Source: an uncultured bacterium (GTDB lineage Bacteria > Verrucomicrobiota > Verrucomicrobiia > Verrucomicrobiales > DEV007). From it: a stretch of 64,000 bases of DNA. The stretch lies in NCBI GenBank assembly GCA_963977015.1, contig CAXBMO010000002.1, forward strand, positions 352,001 to 416,000, written 5' to 3'. The notes under the pieces were generated by a model. It saw only the letters and a program-made list of their open reading frames with translations. It had not been told where the DNA came from and did no database searches. The translations under genes were made by a program, and so were the position numbers. Each line of letters opens with the position of its first letter. The stretch's first letter is position 1. Positions 19,683 through 29,116 of this stretch are shown piece after piece.

Positions 19683-21197
19683 GTGGCAATGCGGCTGCTT
19701 TGTTATGGCATTTTGGTGTTTCTTCCCTTTTTCGCTTCGAATGGGGCTGATACCGTTGATTTGAACCTCCCGGAAGCCCGCCTTTGGACCTATCAGGGCA
19801 CCTCGATGCGCGCCCGATTGGTCGAAATCGACACGCTGGCCGTCAAAGTGGTGATGGGGTCCGATGGTTGGTCGACGAAGTTTTGGCTGGATCAGTTGAG
19901 CGACAGCGATCGCGACTACGTCAGCGAATGGCGAAAACGGGGATTTGGAATCGCCCCGAAACCGATCGTCAAAACCCCTCGGAAGGAATGGCCCAAAGAG
20001 GTAACGCCCGATCTGCGCTTCAGCGCCAAACTCGTCACCAGCGGCACCAATTCCTGGACCTACGAAACCCCCAATTACCGCTACTACAGTGATGCGAAAC
20101 TCGCACCAAGCCTGATCGAAGAATACGCGATGTGGTTTGAAGGCACCTACGCGGCGATCCAGGAAATGCCTTTGCAGCTCAAAATGAGCCCGCCTTCTGA
20201 AAAATTCGTCGTGCGACTCTTTCGCAAGCAAAGTGACTACCTTCGCGCCGGTGGTCTCCAGGGTTCAAGCGGCTCTTACATCCCCAAAACTCAGGAAATT
20301 CTGGTTCCGCTCACCTCCCTGGGAGTCCGACTTTGGGGGGAACAGATTCCGTTGGATCGCCGGACGTTTGATTCCGGCCCCCTCGTTCACGAGATCACCC
20401 ATCAGGTAATGCACTACTGGGTCCAGGTGTTGCCGGTTTGGTTCGTCGAAGGAATGGCCGAATACATGTCGTCGGTGCCCTTCAACGGGGTTTGGTATGA
20501 TTTCGAGAACATCGAAGAAGGGATCCGCAAACACCTGGAGAAGGACTACGACTTCAGCCAGACCAGCGGCGGCGTCTTCAAGGTCGATATGGTGCCTCCG
20601 CGTGAATTGATGAACTTGAGCCACGAAGAATGGACCGAGGCGCTCCGCGTTGGCAAAGCCAGCCTCAACTACTGCTCCGCGCTTCTCATGGTCTATTTCT
20701 TCGCCCATCTGGACAGCGAAGCGGGCGAGCCATCACCACTCGTCAATTACCTGCAGCAAACGCGCGAGGGACGCGATGAACGGGAGCAATTTGTCGCCGA
20801 ATACAACAAGGCGATCGAAACCTACAAGCAGAACCTGACCGCCTTCAATGACAGCGTCGATGCCTACAACAAGGCGCTGTTGGAATACCGGCAACAAGCA
20901 CCCGACTACAACAAACGCGTCCGGATTCACAACGAGCAGGTCGCCAAAGGGATCCCTCAAGCGGAACGCATTGCGGTCGGTTTACCTCCAACTCCTCCCA
21001 ATCGCCCTTCTCCGCCCTCCAAACCACAAATCCTCGTCAATAATCCCAAAGTTGGGGCGATTGACCTGTCCGAGGCCGAATCTGAAGCCCGTGACGTGCT
21101 CCTTCAGGGGCGAAATCCGGATGATCTCTGGAAGGCCATGGAAGAGGCCTTCGCGAAGCGCCGGATCTGGATTCGCGCGGTTGGCGCAAATTCCTGA
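19683..21197 (+). CDS. Exported SHD1-like domain plus gluzincin-like metallopeptidase (DUF1570/peptidase MA-like)
   Basis: Signal peptide; RLWT...LDQLSDSDRDYV (SHD1-like); HEITH followed by WFVEGMAEY. Confidence 0.7.
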   Translation: MAMRLLCYGILVFLPFFASNGADTVDLNLPEARLWTYQGTSMRARLVEIDTLAVKVVMGSDGWSTKFWLDQLSDSDRDYVSEWRKRGFGIAPKPIVKTPRKEWPKEVTPDLRFSAKLVTSGTNSWTYETPNYRYYSDAKLAPSLIEEYAMWFEGTYAAIQEMPLQLKMSPPSEKFVVRLFRKQSDYLRAGGLQGSSGSYIPKTQEILVPLTSLGVRLWGEQIPLDRRTFDSGPLVHEITHQVMHYWVQVLPVWFVEGMAEYMSSVPFNGVWYDFENIEEGIRKHLEKDYDFSQTSGGVFKVDMVPPRELMNLSHEEWTEALRVGKASLNYCSALLMVYFFAHLDSEAGEPSPLVNYLQQTREGRDEREQFVAEYNKAIETYKQNLTAFNDSVDAYNKALLEYRQQAPDYNKRVRIHNEQVAKGIPQAERIAVGLPPTPPNRPSPPSKPQILVNNPKVGAIDLSEAESEARDVLLQGRNPDDLWKAMEEAFAKRRIWIRAVGANS

Positions 21198-21237
21198 AAG
21201 GTCGACCGCTGAACCATCGCAAAGCGCGATGGCCGGC

Positions 21238-21945
21238 TCAATTCGACAACGCGTCCATCAAGAACGCGATATCCGGAGGAATCAGGTCGTTGAAATTCAC
21301 GTTTTTGTCATCCCCAGACTCCAGCCGGAACACCCCGTTCGCCCCGTCGGCCTTGAGCAGCGCGCCGTGAAATTTCTCCCCGTTTTTCAACTCCCAATCG
21401 CGATATTCGGTAATCACCACGGCACCAACCTCCACATCCTCTTTCATGATCTGGAAGACCTTGCTGCTGCCTTCCAGGACTTCGCCCGTGGTGCTCGAAA
21501 TGACGGGCTCATCCTTGGCTCGCAATCCGGCCTCGACCAAGGCGGCGTGAATCATCCGGTCATAGTCATCCTGAACTTGAACGCCGTTCAGTCCCGGAAC
21601 CAACGGCTTGCCCTGCAAATTGGTGACCACGACCGCGGGAAGAACATCGATCTTCTGCGCGAAGTTCTTGGCGAAGAGAGACTGATTTTTGGACTCGCTG
21701 GAGTTGCAGAGAACCACGACAAACTCTTCGCCCTTCATCTTCAACTTGTTGTCGTTCAACAACGTGGCGAAGTTTCGTGACCCCTGATCAGAGCCATCCA
21801 ACAGCGCAAACAGGATGAGCGGTTGTTTGTTGGTGCGAGCGTAGGAAATCGCAGCGGATGCATCCTGCACAACGCGCGGCTTCTCCGCGAGACCAATCGA
21901 AACGGTGAGAAACGTGACGAGAAACGTAAGGGGGATCGTTTTCAT
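21238..21945 (-). CDS. Exported thioredoxin-like fold protein (no CxxC) with C-terminal SHD1-like domain
   Basis: Signal peptide; AISYARTNKQPLILF and LPAVVV; C-terminal RDWELKNGEKFHGAL...FNDLIPPDIAFL. Confidence 0.55.
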   Translation of the reverse strand: MKTIPLTFLVTFLTVSIGLAEKPRVVQDASAAISYARTNKQPLILFALLDGSDQGSRNFATLLNDNKLKMKGEEFVVVLCNSSESKNQSLFAKNFAQKIDVLPAVVVTNLQGKPLVPGLNGVQVQDDYDRMIHAALVEAGLRAKDEPVISSTTGEVLEGSSKVFQIMKEDVEVGAVVITEYRDWELKNGEKFHGALLKADGANGVFRLESGDDKNVNFNDLIPPDIAFLMDALSN

Positions 21946-22010
21946 GAGGGAGGCGGAAAATTCTTCAGTGCGAAGAAACTAGCACATCGATGAGAACCCG
22001 CAAAAGCAGC

Positions 22011-22649
22011 TTAGTTCACTTTTGGCGACGATTCCGGCTGAAAATTCTGCTTCACCCCTTCGCCAAATCGATAATGCCCGAGGACTTTCCAATCGAACAA
22101 CCGCTGTTCCAGCTTCGGCCCCGCCCCAATGTTGTGCACAATCCAGACACCCGATTCACCTTCCGGAGCGGGAACCACAATTCCAATATGCGTTAACCCA
22201 CGCCCATTCAGATCCCAGGCAACCAAATCCCCCGCCTTATAGTCGGCTTCGTCATCGGAGACCGGCAGGGCAGCCCCTTGGCGCTTGAAATATCGCTGCA
22301 GATTCGGAACCCGGCGATGATCGATGTTCTTGTCCGGCCGGCTCAGTCCCCAATTTTTCGGGTATCGGGAGAAATTGCGGCGCATGTCTTCGTGAACCAA
22401 CGCCTGAAGATCGATTCCAAGCGCGCGGTAGCTCCGAATCACCACATCCGTGCAAACACCGGTCTCTGGGGGCACGTCGCCTCCCGGATATTTCAAAACC
22501 ACGTAGGCCGGATCATAGCGAACGAAGGATTTCGTGCGCTCCAACGCAGCCTTCGCGAGACGATCATAAAACGTCGGTTCCTGCTCCTGAGCAGAAAGAA
22601 TTCCAGTTGCCAGAAGCGAGACCAAAACCAGTCCAAAACAGCATTTCAT
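22011..22649 (-). CDS. DUF1287 (YijF-like) exported protein
   Basis: YDPAY, YPGGDVP, GVCTDVVIR, NIDHRRVPNL, HIGIV and HNIGAG motifs. Confidence 0.88.
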   Translation of the reverse strand: MKCCFGLVLVSLLATGILSAQEQEPTFYDRLAKAALERTKSFVRYDPAYVVLKYPGGDVPPETGVCTDVVIRSYRALGIDLQALVHEDMRRNFSRYPKNWGLSRPDKNIDHRRVPNLQRYFKRQGAALPVSDDEADYKAGDLVAWDLNGRGLTHIGIVVPAPEGESGVWIVHNIGAGPKLEQRLFDWKVLGHYRFGEGVKQNFQPESSPKVN

Positions 22650-22681
22650 GCGGCCTTGGACGGCTTGCGAGGCAAACTTGA

Positions 22682-23278
22682 TCAACTATCAGCCTTCTCT
22701 TTTTTCTCAGCCTTGCCGGTTTCCTTCTTGGTCGCCTTTTCTCCGTCCTTGAAAGGAACAAACTTCAACACCGTTCCGTTGATGCAGTAGCGCTTGTCGG
22801 TCGGCGTATCGAAACCTTCACCTTCGAAAACGTGGCCGAGATGGCCGTCGCAAACCATGCATCGCACTTCCGTCCGGGCATAGCCCAAGTGGAAATCGGT
22901 CTCGTACTTCACGTTTTTCGCGTTGGCCGGATCATAAAAGGACGGCCACCCGCAATGAGAATCGAACTTCTCCTTGGAGCTGAACAACTCCGCGTTGCAT
23001 CCCGCACAGTAGTAAGTTCCACCGCCCTGCGCCTTGAACTCCTTGTAAACCTGACCGTTGGATCGCTCCGTTCCCGCCTGGCGCAGGATCCGGAATTGCT
23101 CCGGCGTCAGCTCCTTCTTCCACTCCTCCTCCGTCTTTTTTACCGGGCTTTTCGGTTGCTCCGGCGCCTTCTCCAGAACCTCGATCACCGTTTCTTTCTC
23201 ATCTTCAGCGTTCAGCGACAACGCGAATCCGGCAAACAGGCAAAGCAACGAAACAAACAGGGTGGAGGCTTTTTTCAT
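22682..23278 (-). CDS. msrB: Peptide methionine-R-sulfoxide reductase with signal peptide
   Basis: GTER, two CxxC Zn motifs, CGWPSF, HLGHVF, RYCIN. Confidence 0.95.
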   Translation of the reverse strand: MKKASTLFVSLLCLFAGFALSLNAEDEKETVIEVLEKAPEQPKSPVKKTEEEWKKELTPEQFRILRQAGTERSNGQVYKEFKAQGGGTYYCAGCNAELFSSKEKFDSHCGWPSFYDPANAKNVKYETDFHLGYARTEVRCMVCDGHLGHVFEGEGFDTPTDKRYCINGTVLKFVPFKDGEKATKKETGKAEKKEKADS

Positions 23279-23434
23279 TCCAGAAAATAGGAGCCTCCGC
23301 CGAAGTCGCAAACGCAAAAAGCAGCTCGTCGAAAGCGGTTATCAGGCAAAATCTCTCCTTCATTGGAAAATTGATGGACCGACAGCGTTGATCGTTGACT
23401 TCCTTCCACACATTGGAGAAAACCGGGGCGGGCT

Positions 23435-25648
23435 ATGAACAGATTTCCATTTCGTCGGGTTTCACACTTTTCATCGCGAGGCGCATCCCCTCGTTGGATG
23501 CTGCTTTTTCTTGCGATCACGCTCCCGCTGATCATTGCCACGGTCACCTTTTTGGCGCTCAACGGTTCCATTTCCATTCCGGAATCGCTTAGACCTGCTC
23601 CAACCGAAGTGCAGCGAATCGCACCGATTGAGTTTCCGGACGGCGTGCCGGATGCGTCGGATATCCGTCCCAAGGTTGAATCCTGGATGCGTAAAAACTG
23701 GATCAAGAACGCTCCGAACCGCACCAAAGCTGAAGCTGACTTTCTGACCGCCGCCATTGCCTGCGAGCTTGATGCCCCGAAAGCTCCCTCCTCCTCCCAG
23801 TTATCGATTCTGGCGGAAGCGCTGGAAGCGAATCCGGAAAGTGATCCGATCCTGGCTTACCTCGTCGGGATCTGGCATCGCGACAATGAAGTTGCCATCC
23901 CCTTGCTGAGAGAGTGCATCAAGCATCTCGACCAGACTCCCGGCCAGGAGTCGACGGCGTGGATGGCGGCCGTTCAATACGCCCGCCGGCTCTTCCGGTC
24001 CGGCAACCAGGACGATTTTCCCATTGCCCAGGCCGCCGCAACCCAGGCGCTCCAATTGCTAACGAAAGCTCTGGACGCCAATCGCGGATATGCGGACGAG
24101 GATGACTGGGTCGCAGAATATATTTTGCTCGGGTATGGAACCGGTCATCGGCGTCCGGGGAGAAAGGAGTTCCTCGCCGAGAACTACGCCAAGTTTGCCA
24201 CGGTTGCATCCAACCACCCCGACCTTCCCTCCTGGCTCAAGCATTGGATCCTCGGGCTCGCCTACAACGCGGAAGGCTGGGAAGCGAGAGGTGGCGGCTA
24301 TTCCGATTCCGTCACCCAAAAGGGCTGGGAAATCTTCTATGCGAAGATGGCGCAAAGCGCGGAACACCTCGAAAAAGCCTATCTTGAGAATCCGAATCAT
24401 CCCGGTCCGGCAGCCTCCCGCTGTTACGTTGCATTGACCTACAGCCAAACACCGATTCGAGAGATGCGACTGTGGTTCGATCGTTCCACCGCCGCTCAAA
24501 TCGACTATTCCCGCGCCTATCGAACGATGCTGTGGGGACTCCGGCCACGCTGGCATGGGAGCAAAGGAAAGATGCTCGAATTCGGCCTTCAATGCATGAA
24601 TTCCGGCAGATTTGACAGCGATGTGCCCTGGGAATACCTCACGGCTCACCGTGACATCGCCTCGGAGTGGGATCTTCCGGATTACTACTATATTGAATTG
24701 CGAAAACGGGCTGCGTTCGACTCGCTTTTCGCCGGTTACGAAGCATCGCCCGAGCGGGAACCCTGGCGAGAATTCGATCGGTCCCGGGCCGCCGTTTTTT
24801 GGTACAAATGTCAGGATTACACCAAGGCATGGCCGCTGCTCGAACAACTCGACTTCCAACTTGATCCGCGCGTTCTCGAAGAATGGGGACTGGAGAATTC
24901 CAGCTTTCTGGTTGGAAAAACCGCCGCATTTGCCAGCTCAGCCGGTGACAACCTCATCGAAGCCGAAGATGCGGAAGTCGATTTCGATGCCGAAACGGCA
25001 GTCACGCTCTATCGCCAGGCCCTCGATACCCCGGGTATGAACGAAAAAGCGAAGCCGTTCCTCCGTGACCGCGTTGTCATGATGGAGATGGAATCCCATT
25101 TGGCAGCCAATGAGGAAACGTCATTCCTGCCTCAAGCGGACTCGGACGGAGCCGGTTGGGTCCGCGAGGGGGATCATTGGTCTCTGGAAGACGGGCTAAC
25201 TTGGAACGGGGGAACCGGTCGAGCCCTCTTCACCGCATTGGCGCGAATCGGTCCGATTTTCACCATGACCGGCGAGATTGAAATCGACCCGGGAACGTCG
25301 GAACAAGCGTCGGCCTTTGTGGCTTATGGCTATCCCGGCGCCAACAAATGGAGCGATTGGGCCAGCGTTCGATTCCAGATCAACAAGGGCGAGGGAATCG
25401 TCTCGGCGGGACAAAGCTACGCTCGCCCCCGCGACTCCGCCCTTGCCCCCATTCAGGAACGCTTCACGTTCGAGCTGTCGGTCGATAAAATGATGATCAA
25501 CCTCAAGATCAACGATTCCCCGGTTATGACCGACGTTCGCCAAACAAAAGGCGTGGTGACCCAGTTTTACTCCCAACTTGGCCTCGGCATTTCTTCAGAC
25601 AATCCCGAGGCTTCCATCCGATTCACCAACGTGAAATTGCGGAAATAG
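23435..25648 (+). CDS. Membrane-anchored DUF4034-like/TPR-like protein with C-terminal beta-sandwich
   Basis: N-terminal TM; WEARGGGYSDSVTQKGWEIF and LRPRWHGS motifs. Confidence 0.65.
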   Translation: MNRFPFRRVSHFSSRGASPRWMLLFLAITLPLIIATVTFLALNGSISIPESLRPAPTEVQRIAPIEFPDGVPDASDIRPKVESWMRKNWIKNAPNRTKAEADFLTAAIACELDAPKAPSSSQLSILAEALEANPESDPILAYLVGIWHRDNEVAIPLLRECIKHLDQTPGQESTAWMAAVQYARRLFRSGNQDDFPIAQAAATQALQLLTKALDANRGYADEDDWVAEYILLGYGTGHRRPGRKEFLAENYAKFATVASNHPDLPSWLKHWILGLAYNAEGWEARGGGYSDSVTQKGWEIFYAKMAQSAEHLEKAYLENPNHPGPAASRCYVALTYSQTPIREMRLWFDRSTAAQIDYSRAYRTMLWGLRPRWHGSKGKMLEFGLQCMNSGRFDSDVPWEYLTAHRDIASEWDLPDYYYIELRKRAAFDSLFAGYEASPEREPWREFDRSRAAVFWYKCQDYTKAWPLLEQLDFQLDPRVLEEWGLENSSFLVGKTAAFASSAGDNLIEAEDAEVDFDAETAVTLYRQALDTPGMNEKAKPFLRDRVVMMEMESHLAANEETSFLPQADSDGAGWVREGDHWSLEDGLTWNGGTGRALFTALARIGPIFTMTGEIEIDPGTSEQASAFVAYGYPGANKWSDWASVRFQINKGEGIVSAGQSYARPRDSALAPIQERFTFELSVDKMMINLKINDSPVMTDVRQTKGVVTQFYSQLGLGISSDNPEASIRFTNVKLRK

Positions 25649-25750
25649 CCCGTCAACATGCAGTTGGACCGATTCCCAATAGTCGGGATTGATCTAAAAC
25701 TCATCTTCTTTCTTGCTTCGAACTCTGTTCTTCTCTATCAAACTATCGCC

Positions 25751-27226
25751 ATGGAGGAGAGTCATTTTATTGAAGCCCTGTCGCAGTCAGGGATTTGGAA
25801 ATTTTTTAGAGAAGAAGCTTTTTGGAAGCTCATAACCATTCTGGGGGCAATTGTCGCGGTTGGCAAAGCGATGCGTGAATACTACCGAATGAAGTCGGCC
25901 TTTCGCGAGAAAGAGAAGGAACTGCAAGACAGCAAAAACAACAATATTAGGCTAGCTGCCGAGTCGGAAAAGAAAATTGCTACGCTTCAAACGCGACTGG
26001 ATTATCAGGAAAAGACATTGTCGCTCTTTCAAGAAGTTGGTGCTGACGGTACAGAAGCCCCCGATCGTGTTCCGATTGACAAGAATGCCCTGCTGAATGC
26101 GGTAAAGAATGGAGCAAAACAAATGATCGAGTTGAACCGCAAATTAGAGGAGGCCAAGAAAAAGAGCGTCTGGTATTTGCCCGCTAAACGTACGATCCTC
26201 CCACGTGAATCCAAAACCAAGTTCATCGCCCTCGCTAATTTGAAAGGCGGCGTAGGCAAGAGCACTATTTCCGCGAACTTGGGGGCTGAGTTGGCTAGTC
26301 GCGGTAAAAAAGTATTGCTGGTCGATCTGGATTGGCAACAATCGCTGACCCGACTTTCGCTTACTAAACTCCAAACCCGCACCCATTTTGCCGGAGACTC
26401 CGGCGCGGTGAGCGATGCGCTTCTCCGCTACTGCAATGACGCTGAGGACGTTATGCACGAATTCCGCCCCGTTCGTGTTGAGCGCGAGAATACGGAACTT
26501 TACGTCCTCCCAGTGCCCTACCGGTTGATGTTCGCCGAAGATCTCGCTCTCATCAGTTGGTTTGCCGACGACTCTAAGGAGGATGCTCGATTCGTTGTCG
26601 CCAACCAGTTGCAACGTTGGGCGGAAAACTTTCAACCAAATCCCAATCATGATTCTACAGTAGATCTCGACTACGTAATCTTGGACTGCCCACCGCGATT
26701 GACCGTCAGCATGACCGCTGCTCTTTCCTGCGCCGATCTCGTTGTGGTGCCTAGCCTTCCAGATGAAACTTCACTCAATGGTGTGGGATTGCTCTTTTCC
26801 GAGCCACTCCGAGATTTACGCAATATCATTTGGCCTAAACCGGAAGAAGATCTTTTATCCACGACTCCAGTTTTCGGATTGGTTTCGAATCGTGTCTATC
26901 GAGCTGACTATATACCGGACGCGGTCGAGTCAGTTCGCGAAGTGGCTGAGGGGCTTAACCTTCAGCACCACGATTTCTCAATTCAAGCATCCACCACTGG
27001 CATTGCTCAGAATTCCGCGTTCCGTGATGCGGCCGAAAGTACGAGACAGGACCGCCGCCAATTCGCGATGGACTTTTCCGGAGATGGACCAAAAGAACAA
27101 CTCGCAGGTTTGGCTAACGATGTCGAGCGATGGTTGGAATCAACTCCGGCACGCCCTTCCGTTGCTCCATCAACCAATCGAATCGCCCAACTCACAGGCA
27201 ACCGCACTCAGGCATTAAGGCCATGA
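25751..27226 (+). CDS. ParA/MinD-family ATPase with N-terminal TM helix and coiled coil
   Basis: Deviant Walker A LKGGVGKST, A' DLDWQ, Walker B ILDCPP; hydrophobic FWKLITILGAIVAVG followed by a charged helical region. Confidence 0.88.
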   Translation: MEESHFIEALSQSGIWKFFREEAFWKLITILGAIVAVGKAMREYYRMKSAFREKEKELQDSKNNNIRLAAESEKKIATLQTRLDYQEKTLSLFQEVGADGTEAPDRVPIDKNALLNAVKNGAKQMIELNRKLEEAKKKSVWYLPAKRTILPRESKTKFIALANLKGGVGKSTISANLGAELASRGKKVLLVDLDWQQSLTRLSLTKLQTRTHFAGDSGAVSDALLRYCNDAEDVMHEFRPVRVERENTELYVLPVPYRLMFAEDLALISWFADDSKEDARFVVANQLQRWAENFQPNPNHDSTVDLDYVILDCPPRLTVSMTAALSCADLVVVPSLPDETSLNGVGLLFSEPLRDLRNIIWPKPEEDLLSTTPVFGLVSNRVYRADYIPDAVESVREVAEGLNLQHHDFSIQASTTGIAQNSAFRDAAESTRQDRRQFAMDFSGDGPKEQLAGLANDVERWLESTPARPSVAPSTNRIAQLTGNRTQALRP

Positions 27227-27675
27227 AGGTTGAAAAACTGATCCAGCTTCTCAAATCTAACGAGATTGCAGGGAACCTTTCCCTTCAGGAGCGCAACGAG
27301 CTTGCGTCCCTGATTCATGGTCTGAAACGGGTTGAACACCTTGATTTGGCGACCTTGGTCAAGGCTTGCCACACCATAAAGCTGCCAAAAAAACGAGCCG
27401 CATCGCCTAGATCATCAGCCACTGTCGAGACTTCCATTGCCCGGCTCAATTCCCTAAAAGAAGAAGTGCGTAAATGGACGTCGCCGGACTACGGCGAAGT
27501 TGATCGCGTTGTCAAAGCTGCCTGCAGCTCCCTGAAAAAATCTGAGGTCTCCCAAGTCGCCAAAGCCACACTTGGCAAAACCCATTCCAGTAAGACTAAG
27601 TCCGATATCATCGAAGCCATTGCCCGTCCATACCTCCGACAGCTGGAGCTTCGGTTCATGAACGCAGGCTCGTGA
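27223..27675 (+). CDS. Small basic helical protein with C-terminal HeH/Rho-N-like motif
   Basis: ATG 27223 overlaps the ParA stop (ATGA); C-terminus LKKSEVSQVAKATLGK...KTKSDIIEAI. Confidence 0.7.
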   Translation: MKVEKLIQLLKSNEIAGNLSLQERNELASLIHGLKRVEHLDLATLVKACHTIKLPKKRAASPRSSATVETSIARLNSLKEEVRKWTSPDYGEVDRVVKAACSSLKKSEVSQVAKATLGKTHSSKTKSDIIEAIARPYLRQLELRFMNAGS

Positions 27676-27735
27676 GGAGCCGATCTTCCAAGTCCGATAA
27701 GCCCCCTTACCTGTTGACTGAGAAGACTATTTCAT

Positions 27736-28476
27736 TCAGATCCGATTCAACAACTCGGATTTTTTCGCGGCAAACTCCTCGTCGGTCAACACACCGGCAT
27801 CCCGGAGCTTCCCAAGTTGCTCGAGCAAACCAACCACGTCAGCCGACATGGTGTTGCCGGTCCCAACTTGCTGGGGAGCAGGTGCCGCTGGAGGCTCTGC
27901 AAAATTGGTCGGCGGCTCCGGCTGAAGTCCCGGACCAGAGATCAAGGGCAGGCTCAGGGTCGAAATCGTTCCGTATTGGCTCGAAAACGTGAGCGAAGTG
28001 TTGCCCCCCTGCTGCTGGCTGACTCCGCTGATTTGGTGATCCAGGGTGTCAAAAACCGTGACCTGACCATCCCGCTGCACCACGAGGCGCCGAGCCTGCG
28101 GAAAAAAGGCATATCGGATATTGTTCTGCGAACCACTGCTGGAGGGAGCCCCGAGATCCCCGGGCCACCAATTGCTTCCACCCCAGGCATTCTTCGGCGG
28201 AGGCTGAAACATTTGGTTGTTCGCCAGCGCATTCGAAAGCTCGCTGCACAAATTGTTGACCGTGTTCTTGAGCTGATAGTTGAACAAATCGCCAACCATC
28301 GTCATTCCACCACTCATCCATTGCCCGCTCCCCAATTCCGGGCAACTGAACTGGGCCATGGTTCCGCCGCCATTGTTCACGGAGATCAGCATCGACACCG
28401 CCGAGTCAAAGCTGAGATTGTAGCGACGAGCAATGTCGTTGATGATGTTTTCTCCTACGGGAGTCAGTTGGTTCAT
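27736..28476 (-). CDS. SHOCT domain-containing protein
   Basis: C-terminal LEQLGKLRDAGVLTDEEFAAKKSELL; QWMSGGMTMVGD and NWWPGDLG motifs. Confidence 0.85.
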   Translation of the reverse strand: MNQLTPVGENIINDIARRYNLSFDSAVSMLISVNNGGGTMAQFSCPELGSGQWMSGGMTMVGDLFNYQLKNTVNNLCSELSNALANNQMFQPPPKNAWGGSNWWPGDLGAPSSSGSQNNIRYAFFPQARRLVVQRDGQVTVFDTLDHQISGVSQQQGGNTSLTFSSQYGTISTLSLPLISGPGLQPEPPTNFAEPPAAPAPQQVGTGNTMSADVVGLLEQLGKLRDAGVLTDEEFAAKKSELLNRI

Positions 28477-28620
28477 GGAAAGTTGGGAAAGCGGAACTGA
28501 TTATTGAAAGTCGCGCCTTCTAACCAACATGAGATCCAGAATTACACAAAGTATCTTTCGATTGTTCGTCACTACGGAACAACCTGACCGCTCAGAGAGT
28601 GATTTCGAACCCGCTACCGT

Positions 28621-28839
28621 CTAGCTGCGGTCTCTCAACGTAGGGGCTTTCTCCGATCTCCGGGGAACCGGCTTCATGGCCTCGGGAATCAGTCCCAATC
28701 GCTCGGACGGCAAAATCTCCCCGGACGAAAGCTGCTCAAGATACTCGGTCTCAGCATCCTCTTGAAACTCTTCAAGATATTCTGAACTCAGAGGCTCGCG
28801 GTGATTCCCCTCAAAGACTTTTTCCCAGTTGGTGGCCAT
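28621..28839 (-). CDS. Small acidic hypothetical protein (72 aa)
   Basis: ATG ORF preceded by an AT-rich intergenic region; no family recognised. Confidence 0.35.
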   Translation of the reverse strand: MATNWEKVFEGNHREPLSSEYLEEFQEDAETEYLEQLSSGEILPSERLGLIPEAMKPVPRRSEKAPTLRDRS

Positions 28840-28936
28840 GCTAACACTGAGATACTGATATTACGGAAAGTCAAAATAAAACCATGTTAGGGAAATCTTA
28901 GGAACGACGCAAGAATTACGTCCGATGGATTGCTTG

Positions 28937-29025
28937 GATTCGACTGTCAGTCGAATCTACGTGCTCGATGGACCTCGAAACTTGGTTCGTAGGGAGCGCA
29001 CTGTAGCTTCGATTGGCAATCGAAG
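28937..29025. repeat. Pair of GTAG-type REP-like palindromes in opposite orientation
   Basis: gattcgac-tgtca-gtcgaatc ending in ctac (28937-28960) and gtag-cttcgatt-ggc-aatcgaag (29003-29025). Confidence 0.6.
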
Positions 29026-29116
29026 TCGCGCGGCGTTTGATTCCGATTCACGGGTTGCCGAAGTTATTCCTGCGCCGTTCCTTAGGTGTGAACATCAGCA
29101 ACCCACAAGCAAGGTT

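Noticed and set aside
28588-28620. tRNA T-loop-like GGTTCGAA on the minus strand (possible att remnant)
   Set aside because: Flanks do not form a T-stem or acceptor stem, and no second copy was seen.
28926-28960. tmRNA-like GGATTCGAC
   Set aside because: No 5' GGGG acceptor stem or downstream T-arm/CCA end seen; better explained as a REP-like hairpin.
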